NCBI GenBank assembly: GCA_020184695.1
Contig: JAANOX010000055.1
Location: 197,082 to 261,081 of the forward strand
Reading direction: 5' to 3'
Length of the DNA stretch: 64,000 bases
DNA from: Histomonas meleagridis 2922-C6/04-290x
Lineage: Eukaryota > Protista > Parabasalia
The translations under genes were made by a program, and so were the position numbers. The notes below the pieces were generated by a model that was given only the letters and a program-made list of their open reading frames with translations, was not told the origin of the DNA and did no database searches. Each line of letters begins with the position of its first letter. Position 1 is the stretch's first letter. Below, in pieces: positions 54,691 through 64,000 of the stretch.

Positions 54691-56349
54691 AATCATAATT
54701 TTAATGTTTCTGTGCAAAAGCAAGAGTAATTTTGTTTGGTGGTTTGGGTACAATTATTTTTGGTAATTGATTCAGTCTATTAATGTCAAAAATTTCATTA
54801 GCTTCAATAAATGGAATACTTACAATATTTCGCATTCGAAGAAATGATGTGATACCATCTCGATTTGCAAAATTCTGATAAATTCTGATCAAAGTACGAA
54901 GTTTGAATCTAAACACATGACTTTGAATCTAAAAATTAAAAATTTTGAATTCAATAATTGCATCATTCGAGAAATGATTCAATTTTAATCACCATATTTT
55001 TGAATGGTCTATTTTTAACCGCAATTTGACGGTCAATGTACAAGTACAAGTACCTATTTCTTAGAGAGATCAAGTAACCATTCAAAAAACAGTACTCTCA
55101 GATTGAGAGATACTTACTTTTCGTACAAGTGCTTTGCGTCACTTTTAACCAATCGAGTTTAGAAAAAATCCTAGGACCCGTTTGATCCAATAAATTTTAT
55201 CGCAAATAAGTTTGAAAATTTGTGAATATAATTTTTATAGAGAAATCGTATTTCCAAGGCATAACGGTCGTCATAAACGATTCGATCCGTGGTAAAACTA
55301 CACCGAAAATTGGAAAACCCGCCAATAATATTATCCTCGTTAAAATTGATATCACAAAACAATTATTTGAATTTCTTATATCAGACACAGATAACATCAA
55401 ATTACAATGGTACGTAATCGCGCTATTATACTTCAAGATTTGAAGATAAGATATATTTCACTTATGGCATTTTTACCATTAACTATAACAGAAATAATAA
55501 AACACTTTACAACATTTATCAAATCAATACAACAATGTTTTATATAGTTCAATCATAAACAAAAAACAAGATCCAACAAATTAATTATGATATTCCACCG
55601 ATTATTGCAGAATATAGTAATGTTGATGAGATCAGAACTCTTCATGACGCGATGCATTCTTTTGGTATCTATACAACGATATTATCATCCTTTCGCTGAT
55701 ATCTCCAAATTACGATATCATTCAAATGTGAAAAATTAACAAACAATTTCCCTTATTATTATGAATGATTTAACCTTGAAAGCTTTCCAATTTATTAATA
55801 TTTTTTTCTATGAAATGACGATAATTATTATGTTTCCCCTATCTAATGGAAATCAACACTTATATCTATTTTATATAATATTTCTTATCTATAATTCTTT
55901 TCATTGCCAATATTTCGGGCAAAAATAAGAAATTCATAATTATCAGATATTAAAGGAAGTTGGAACTCAATGGTTTTTTAAAATTATTATTTCAATTTTG
56001 GTGGCAATATTTGTGAATATATGTACTTCATTTCAAATCAAAAATTAATATTTGTACATAATTTTTTTTTATTAAGCAATTTGTTTTTTGCATATAACTT
56101 TTTTTATAAACGCGAATTTCTTCTTAATTTTAGATATTTTATTCCTTCTCGGAAGTCTCAAAATTTTTCCAAATTAAATCAATTAATCAACTTGGAAAAT
56201 ATATCCATTACTTGGCCGCTGAAATAACGTTTGAACACGAATAAACGATTGAAAAGATAATAAAAATTTGGTTATCAACTAGATGAGTATACAAGTTTTA
56301 TAAATTATTTTTATAAATATGGCACATAACCAAATGTTCAGCAATATTG

Positions 56350-58076
56350 ATTTCAAAGATCATGATCGATTAATTATTTTCTAAATTGATATCAAAGATG
56401 TTTTTCATTTAATAGGTATGTTGCACAATTATGACCTATTCCATGACAATTGCTACAATGTATTACCTATTTTCTTTTTTTATTATATTTTTCAGCAACT
56501 TCTGATGGAACAGTTAATTGGGCCCCTGGGATAACGAGAACATCTATGGCATTTGGGTCGATTAATATTTTTGATTTCTCGGCTTCATCGATAAAGTTTT
56601 TAATTAGATTCCGTGCAGTTTCCGTACGTTGTGCTGCATCTGCTTAATATTGCATTTTAGTCATGATGAAGTTGTAGCTCCAATTTTCTTTTTTAATAGA
56701 TTGTACAGTAATTGTCGAATTAAATGATGGTATATTTTCAGAACACTCATGAAAAAAATATATATTTTCAATTTTTTCTTCTCTGATTAATGGATCATTT
56801 TCATTTTTTGTATGAGACTGTTCATTAATAATGTGAATACATGGTAAATCTTTTCTACAGTCACATTTTTCTAATTTATAACATTCAGATTGTGCAATGC
56901 TTGCATCTATGTGTGACGCTCTAATTATTGATTTCTCACATTTATATATTGTCTTTTGAATTTTATTGATGGCATATAATCCAAGCTTTTTACCATTATA
57001 AATTTTTTTATCTAACTGATTATACTTTAATTTGCAATGATTTTTCATCATAATTTTAGATTCATTTATGAACATTAATAAAATTTATTTTAGTGGAAGC
57101 AACTCATGATTTGTCCACTTTTTCAAATTACCAATACTACCTTCAGCAGCATTAGTCGTAAAATGACCTATTTTTTTTATATAATAAGAATCATAATGTT
57201 GAAGGTCATTAAGTGAATTTTGGATATGTTATGAATGATGAAATTGAATTAAATTTCGTAATTTAGTTATATATTCATCTTCAGTTATTTTTTTATCGAC
57301 AAATTTCCAGAACAAATCTTCTATCATTGAATTCCTACCCATTTTGTGTTCAATATTTCTAGAAATATGAATTCGACAATAAATCAGAATTGAATTCGAA
57401 TATACTTTTTTGATTGCCTCTATTTGAGCAATCAATTAATCAACAATAAGAATTCTAATATATGTAATAACTAATTTCGAAGATTTCATGATTTCAGTGA
57501 AATTTTTTTTTCTTTCGATGTCATGATTGATATAGCAAGCATTTGAACTTTGCTATTCTCATCGAATACATAAAAAGGTAAAAAGGGATAATGAAATCTA
57601 TTGGTGCATTCAGTATCATCTATTACAACAATATCTTATGCATAAGAAAAGTATTATATTATCAAATTTATCATTAATAGACTATCAAATTTATTATTAT
57701 TATAATTTTTCCAGATAATGTCATATTCTCCCTTACATTTTTGTGTATATTGAGTAAGATTTTCAATATCATTCTCAAATTGTTTATTTTTATCATTTCT
57801 AATAATATTATACAATTGTTCAGGCAATACATTGGGTGCATTAAAACGGCGAATGAGATTTGTTGGCATTCCAATTCTTGCTTTATTCTTTATTTTTTCT
57901 TTTTGATTTGAAGTTAAAAGGGGAAACTTGCTTTCTACGAAAAGATTATCGAGACTATGACAATGATAAAGGTTTTCATAATTAATCGAAAAAATTATAT
58001 TTTTTCGTATTTTTTTTGTAAAAGTCGCAGGACATTTATATAATTTCTTTGTATGAAACCTGCATACGAATTTCAT
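56350..58076 (-). pseudogene. MULE transposase (Zn-binding DBD, DDE core, SWIM finger)
   Basis: VCRFHTKKLYKCPA...HCH (DBD), VIDDTECT, AQIEAIKKVYSNSILIYCRIHISRN (MULE core CxxH), and CDCRKDLPCIH (SWIM), split over several frames. Confidence 0.85.
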
Positions 58077-58195
58077 ATAATATACATTGACATTTTTCTT
58101 ATATAGATTCGAATCGCTACATGAAAATGGGCAAATATTTTTGATTGATTCATCTTTTATTGTTGTCTTTAAATCATTAAATTCGGTGATGTTCC

Positions 58196-58465
58196 TTATT
58201 TCAAGTTATTTAAATAGTTAATGAAATTGGATGGTGTTTCATAGCATTCGTCATTTTTGGGCGATGGATTTGTAAGTCCTAAACTTTTTAATTCGTGATT
58301 TATTTTGTCTGAAATGCTTAATAGAGCATAAGAATCAAAATGGTTATAATTTGAAGTTTCTTCTGATGGAATGCTCACTATTTTGTTGTTCATTTCTGTG
58401 CATTCGACAAATGCTTCCATGAGCCTATCCATTATTAATGTTTGGGTGGATGGTTTCTTCTTCAT
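58196..58465 (-). CDS. Hypothetical 89-aa ORF inside the MULE
   Basis: Intact ATG-to-TAA ORF upstream of the transposase on the same strand; no motif recognised. Confidence 0.3.
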   Translation of the reverse strand: MKKKPSTQTLIMDRLMEAFVECTEMNNKIVSIPSEETSNYNHFDSYALLSISDKINHELKSLGLTNPSPKNDECYETPSNFINYLNNLK

Positions 58466-58680
58466 TAATATTAATAAACGTCTTTTGAATATATTCTAAA
58501 ATAACGTTCTAATTTTATAAATATAAATATTTGTCACCACTATGAACTTTAACAACATATAAGGTAAATATAATGTACTAAGAATAAATATACATATCAA
58601 ATAAAGAATTCAAAAATATAGTACATCATCTATTATGTAGATATTGAAATTTGGTTTTTTATACTATTTATACTATATAA

Positions 58681-58792
58681 TATAATAGTAATAATATATA
58701 TTATAGTATAAATATATATAATAGTAATAATATATTATATATAATAGTAATAATATATTATATATAATAGTAATAATATATTATATATAATA
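58681..58792. repeat. AT-rich 23-bp minisatellite
   Basis: TAGTA anchor at 58686, 58722, 58745 and 58768; unit ATATATAATAGTAATAATATATT. Confidence 0.85.
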
Positions 58793-59570
58793 ATATTAAT
58801 ATATTATTATGATACTGATATTAGCATATATCATATCAGAAGCTAATCAAAAATTCATTTACTTCATTTTATTCACTGATAAAAAAATATAATTTACACT
58901 ACTATTTATTTATTTTTTGATATCGTTCACACGATAATAAATAGTAGTTTGGTGTTGTTCACACGACGATATCGAAAATTAAAATGAAATCAGAAATGTA
59001 GATGTTGATATTTGCTAATGTGATAATTATATAAATTTCTCATTTGCTATATAAGTTAACTAAAATTGAAGTGATAATATTATATTCGATATTTAATTAC
59101 ATATAGTTAATCTTGCAATTTATGAATGCATACATTGATATATAAAAATTCATTCGATGAATAATTATATTATATTTATTTTCTATGTAAATTACTATTT
59201 ATATGACAACGAAATTGTTAATCTTAATATTTTTTTTCATATAAGATACATTTTATGATCATGTGATATCACATATGCTATGTATTTCATAAATAATATA
59301 TAATAAATTAAAAAAATAATACTTATTATACGATTCATACATATTTTTAATGATACGAATTAGAATTCAACATTATTTTCATTATATTCTATTTCATCTG
59401 TATTCATAGACAATTTTTTGCTGCATTCATAAATTAATATTGAATTTTGATAACACGAAAAAGTTCACATGTTTATTATTGAAACAATAATAAAATTCTT
59501 TCATTTTAGATAGATACAAATTTGAGCAATATAACATTTCTGAAATTCAATTTTTTCATTCGATTTTTCT

Positions 59571-59691
59571 CGATGCAAAACGGCAATTACTGCGCTCAAT
59601 TTAATTAATTTAATTTTATATGATGCAAAGCGGCACTTATTGTATTCAATTTTATTAATTTAATTTCATTTGGCGTAAAGAGTCACTTATC
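59571..59691. repeat. Three imperfect 50-bp subterminal direct repeats in the MULE
   Basis: GATGCAAAACGGCAATTA (59572), GATGCAAAGCGGCACTTA (59622) and GGCGTAAAGAGTCACTTA (59672). Confidence 0.7.
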
Positions 59692-60255
59692 GAAAAAAAA
59701 TTAATAGATTTGAAACATCAGATATACATTAATTCAATGGAAACGACCGTTATGCCCTAGAAATACGATTTTCCAATTTTTATATGCAATAATATTTTGG
59801 GCAATGTCTAAAAAATACGATTCACTTTTTGTGAATAATATGATCGTATATACATTCAAATTTGTATTCTTATTTCGGTTTGAATTTCGATTGAAAAAAA
59901 TTGTTATTGTAAAGTTATTAAATATTTCCATTTTTTAATTGATTTAAATCGTCTATATCTCATTTTGTCATCAATGGAAGATCAAAGCTTTTTGACGCCA
60001 ATAAATATGATCGATGCATATAAAAACACACACACACACAGCGCTATGTGAGCTTCGTGCTACGCACTCGCTCCCACTCGCGCTACATAAACTAAAGGAT
60101 GAACGGCTAAAATCGATTGAATTATCATAAATCGGTTGGTTTTGATTGAAAGTAATAAAATATATTTAAATTCATGATGACATTTATATTTAAAATGTGT
60201 GAGGCATTAATCCGGCTGAGTTGTTGTTAATCCTATGTGGATTTTAGTGTTTTGT

Positions 60256-60483
60256 TGTTAATCCTATGCTACCTGATAACTTGATATACCAGGTAGTTAC
60301 CAGGTAATATTGCGATTAGCTAAAGGAAATTTAATATTGTTATGTGAGTTTCTCAAATCTTGTGATTTTTTGATGTTAATTCTATGCTACCTGATAACTT
60401 GATATACCAGGTAGTTACCAGGTAATATTGCGATTAGCTAAAGGAAATTTAATATTGTTATGTGAGTTTCTCAAATCTTGTGA
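60256..60483 (+). repeat. Two 118-bp direct tandem repeats
   Basis: 60256-60365 is repeated at 60374-60483 (ATGCTACCTGATAACTTGATATACCAGGTAGTTACCAGGTAATATTGCG...). Confidence 0.95.
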
Positions 60484-60697
60484 AATGACGTGAAAATCGT
60501 GAGTTTACGGGAGTAAATGACAAAAATAAACTTTAATAAAAGCCTTAAATCTTCTGATAATATGTAGTTTTTTTTATTTCTTGATACAGTAATAATTTTT
60601 TTAAATTATCTTTTACATTTTTCAATTTTTCCAAATCCTATTGATGAAACGTTAGTGTTAAATTAATTATTATACATTGAGCATAATTCTTTTTACT

Positions 60698-61797
60698 TCA
60701 ATTTTTATTTTTCCGGAAGAGTGTTTTTAAGAAATTCTCAAACGTTGGTTTTGAATCTTGAATTACAATTACTGAATTATTATCTATATCTTCCTCAACC
60801 TCTTCAACTAATGGATCCGTTGGTTTTTTTTTATCTTCATAATTTAATGCTCCGGCAAATGATTTAGTTGCTATTAAATCTTCTTTGAGATAATTAACTC
60901 TTTCCTTAAATTCTTCGTTCAAAAAGTTCAGGAAGATTTTTTTGTGAGTGATTCATTTAAACGAAACATTATAGTTTCAGCTTTTGTTTTTACTAATTTT
61001 TGAATTCGACATTTCATGAGCGTCAGGAATAATGTCTATTTGTTTTTTGATGTAATTTGATATAAACATATACATAATATCAATTAATCTATTGAATTTA
61101 TTTTTCAGTACTGTTTCAATTAGCATAAATTCAGAAGTTTTATTATTTTTTACCGTAAATGTAATTGTAGTTAAAGCATTAATTAATTTTTGTGAAAATT
61201 TATCAAGAATTTGCATCGCTCGCTTTCCATTCTTGTTTATATAAACGCTTTCAATTGTTTTGGAATAATCTTTATCCTTCGGACAAATGTTTTTTTGACT
61301 TTATTTACGAACAATTCGAAATACTCATCAATTAAATCTTGATGGTAATAATTAACGGTTTGGTTTATGTATTCTGTCAAATTGTCAATGACGTTTTGAT
61401 TACAACGAGGATATTTTTCTAATTTCTTTCTTTCTTGAATTAAAAATTTCTGGAAGTTTTCAGCTTTTTTTTTTTTTTTAAAACAAGTTGATATTCTTCT
61501 TGAGCTTGTTTTTTATATTGTTCTTTGATCATATCTTCAGTTATAAATTCGTTTTCAGGCTTTAGCCATTTCTCCGGGATGTGATGCATATTATATTCTA
61601 TCTCATCTAAAATCTTATCATAATCTTCCTTCGTGTGTTCTTTCTTTAAATAATAAGTTCTTTTTTTACTTCTTCTTTATGCTCAGCAACATATTTATTA
61701 ATTTTGCCGTCAATGTATTTTTGAATTTGTTCTTCGGTTTTATAAGTAACAATACATGTTTTTTTTTTTTTTGTGCATGTAAAATTAACAATGCTCA
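60698..61797 (-). other. Two to three small, partly frameshifted ORFs enclosed by the inverted repeats
   Basis: ORFs 60698..60922 and 60977..61216, plus a broken ORF from ATG 61797 with breaks at long A-runs. No motif recognised. Confidence 0.4.
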
Positions 61798-61914
61798 TGT
61801 TCGCTTCTTTTTATACTTGTTAAAAAAATAAAAAACTACTTTAAAATTAATCTTAATTTCATTTTGGCATTTACTGCTGCAAACTCTTGATTTTCAAGTG
61901 ATTTCGCATGAACG

Positions 61915-62003
61915 GAGAAACTCACAAAACAATTTTGAATTTCCTTTAGCTAATCGCAATATTACCTGGTAACTACCTGGTATATCAAGTTATCAGGTAG
62001 CAT
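61915..62003 (-). repeat. Inverted copy of the 118-bp repeat core
   Basis: Reverse complement matches 60266-60354 at 86/89 nt. Confidence 0.95.
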
Positions 62004-62267
62004 TAGAAAATTCTTCGGTCAATTAATCGTTAGCAGCAGCAGTAAACATGCAAAATTCAGCTCAAATCGCTAAGTTGAAAATTGATGATTGCCAGAAACT
62101 GCCATTTATGAAAACTCTTTCTCGAATTTTTTTTGTTAGGTTAGTTAGTTAGTTAGTTTGTCATGTATAAAAATAAATATTAATATCATTTATGTTTAGC
62201 AAAAAATTCTCTTTCAATTTCTGACTGTTTATGAGGAGTATTGCCTCGGAGAAATGAAGCAGGAATT

Positions 62268-63349
62268 TCATCTTGATATGAACGTTGCCCAGGAACGGTA
62301 AAAAAAGTACTTTATACTTATTTGTTTTAGGATTAAATGATAAAAATTTTTCTCAACAGAACCAACCCATTTACCAGGAATAGTTGACGCCCATTTAATA
62401 TTATTTGGTTTATTCTTACCAATCGGTATTAGTTTGTATCTTGGTTTAGTAATTACCGTTCCGTCTTGAGCAATTAAAACGTACATATTTCCTTTCCGTT
62501 CATCAATTTTTATAACATTCACGACTTATTTGAAATCTTTTTTTAGTTATGCCATTATGACGCGGTAATATATAGCGTACAAAAGAGCCAACAGGAAGAA
62601 TTAAATTCTTAATACATTTTTTTTTTTTTTAAGATTCTAAACATTTAAATATATATTCTTTTTTTCTAAATCTTTATTATCAAACATTTCTTTTGTCGAC
62701 CAACCGATGGCTGAATGGTAAGTATTATTATAAATATTCAGAAACTTTTTTTCATTCTTTCTGGAGTAATAAATGTGTATTTTTTTCATCATGTGATTGA
62801 TGTTTAGATTTTTTTCCGTTGGAGTATTCATATCTCTTATTGTTCGCATGAATCTATCAATAATGCCTAAAGACGAATGGTTTTTATCTGATATTGTATG
62901 AACGGCAACTTTATTATCAGAAAGAAGTTTTAAATTATTTTTTTCAATAAATGCTGGTTCTTCATCTGACGTTAATTTTACCGGATGGAATTTTTCAATA
63001 AATCGTTTTAATGTTTCATGAACTGCTCCAGCTGACTTTGACATTAACGGCAGACAATAAACATATCTATTATTTGTGCCAATAAACACATGCCAATAAC
63101 GAGGAGTTTTTCCTTTAGTATTATCGTATAAATCATGAAACCAACAATTTGGAACAGTTGAAAATATTTTTATCATATAAGGTTTTATATCTTTTGTTTT
63201 AATAAATTTATCCTTCAATCTCCTTGATATTACTTTTTTAATTTTTTTTTTCACTAACATTTGGAAATTTATTTTTGTACGTGTTTTTTGACGTGACTGT
63301 AAGTTTTAAAATGTGTTTTGTCAATTTCTCTATTAATGTTTAGACTCAT
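62268..63349 (-). pseudogene. rve-type (Maverick/Polinton c-integrase-like) integrase with a D-D35-D triad, frameshifted
   Basis: WFHDLYD, LTSDEEPAF and SLGIIDRFMRT; upstream ATG 63349 (MSLNINREID); SH3-like C-terminus LPVGSFVRY...YKIDERKGNMYVL joins ORFs 62637..63260 and 62268..62522. Confidence 0.85.
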
Positions 63350-63385
63350 TTAAGAGTTATTAAAACGTTTTTTTAATTATATTAA

Positions 63386-63865
63386 ATGGGATTAGGTCGT
63401 ATATTCGGTGGAATAAGAAAATTTATTCAAGGTGCAGGACGACTTGTAAGAAAAGTTATTGATAAAGGAAAGAGAATTTACGGTAAGGTCTCGCCAATAA
63501 TCAGTCGAGGAATTGAATTTGGTAAAAAGATTCCAGGAATAATTGATACAGTAAGAAAGCGTAAAGGAGATATAACAGATAAAATAGATAAAATAGTTGA
63601 TGCCGTACCTGACGGTAAGATTAAAGACAAAATAAGACAAGCAGTTGAAAAAGGCAAAGAAGTAGCCGATAGAGTAATCGATACAGGTCAAAAGATTTCG
63701 GATAAAACTCAACCTTGGATTCAAGCAGGAGGAAAAATTTATGGTCAGTTAACAAAACCAAAATATACCGGTGATGTGATACTTGGAGGAAGAAGATATG
63801 GTGCCGGTCAACCTCGACCCGCAGTGATGCCTTATGCTCCGGGAGATACTAAGTTTGCATCTTAA
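63386..63865 (+). CDS. Basic amphipathic-helix protein, adenovirus protein VI-like candidate
   Basis: MGLGRIFGGIRKFIQGAGRLVRKVIDKG with strong i/i+3/i+4 hydrophobic periodicity; intact ATG to TAA. Confidence 0.6.
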   Translation: MGLGRIFGGIRKFIQGAGRLVRKVIDKGKRIYGKVSPIISRGIEFGKKIPGIIDTVRKRKGDITDKIDKIVDAVPDGKIKDKIRQAVEKGKEVADRVIDTGQKISDKTQPWIQAGGKIYGQLTKPKYTGDVILGGRRYGAGQPRPAVMPYAPGDTKFAS

Positions 63866-63901
63866 AATAAAATGAATTTTTCATTTTTTTATATTTAATA
63901 A

Positions 63902-64000
63902 ATGACTGATACAGAGAATGAAGTTTTGAGTCACGAAACTGAAACAGAAATTGTTTTGGGAGAGGAAACCGAAAATGTTGATGAAGAAAAAAAATCTGAT
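63902..64000 (+). CDS. Acidic N-terminus of an ORF cut by the window end
   Basis: MTDTENEVLSHETETEIVLGEETENVDEEKKSD, open to the end of the window. Confidence 0.5.
   Translation, partial: MTDTENEVLSHETETEIVLGEETENVDEEKKSD

Larger units (their letters stand above)
55240..59774 (-). mobile_element. Full-length Mutator-like (MULE) DNA transposon, decayed transposase, 32-bp TIRs, 10-bp TSD
   Basis: Left TIR 55240-55271 is GAGAAATCGTATTTCCAAGGCATAACGGTCGT; right TIR (reverse complement of 59743-59774) is GGAAAATCGTATTTCTAGGGCATAACGGTCGT (28/32). AATTTTTATA occurs at 55230-55239 and 59775-59784. Confidence 0.9.
60026..64000. mobile_element. Maverick/Polinton-like element, left part (runs off the window)
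   Basis: Retroviral-type integrase without gag/RT, compact ORFs, amphipathic virion-like ORF and repeat-rich left region. The left boundary is inferred, not proven. Confidence 0.6.

Noticed and set aside
55160-55190. CCTAGG-containing motif as a hAT terminus
   Set aside because: No matching inverted partner or 8-bp TSD was found.
1-64000. Bacterial origin of the contig; rRNA or tRNA genes
   Set aside because: Eukaryote-specific genes dominate, GTG/TTG starts come from the ORF caller, and no rRNA- or tRNA-like sequence was recognised by eye (a tRNAscan/Infernal run would be needed to exclude them).

Overview
AT-rich eukaryotic DNA, most likely from a parabasalid (trichomonad-like) protist. 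This rests on long intron-less ORFs, an ornithine carbamoyltransferase with an SYH loop, BspA-type LRR remnants, DUF3447-type ankyrin genes, a TCAYT-type initiator, a KilA-N gene and a Maverick/Polinton-type integrase; the taxon is inferred, not database-confirmed. Bases 1-49.6 kb are gene-dense (OCT, UTP14, DUF3737, crooked-neck, exportin-like, multi-C2, CFAP61, 6-TM cation channel, fragmented midasin-like AAA, giant HECT E3, Atg6/Beclin, cactin, Furry/Tao3-like) with interspersed pseudogenes. Bases 49.7-64 kb are a mobile-element zone: mariner and hAT remnants, a complete Mutator-like element with 32-bp TIRs and a 10-bp TSD, and the start of a Maverick/Polinton-like element with a DD35D integrase and a protein-VI-like amphipathic ORF. 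The most striking feature is invisible to the ORF track. At 12.8-15.1 kb (minus strand) an ankyrin-repeat gene has a 170-bp period, and each 90-nt ankyrin core is separated by an 80-nt spacer made of four 20-nt modules. Each module is a 17-nt AT-rich non-GT-AG insert followed by one codon. The four isolated codons rebuild the missing x-x-G-x ankyrin hairpin (e.g. KD-NDGK-TAL), with no stop among the 51 module-end codons and an invariant Gly. This points to a possible non-canonical 17-nt micro-intron / 3-nt micro-exon (or DNA-excision) system, 52 elements in one gene. Expression evidence is needed, and this copy carries two in-frame TAGs. The ORF track uses GTG/TTG starts, so several starts were corrected to ATG by hand.
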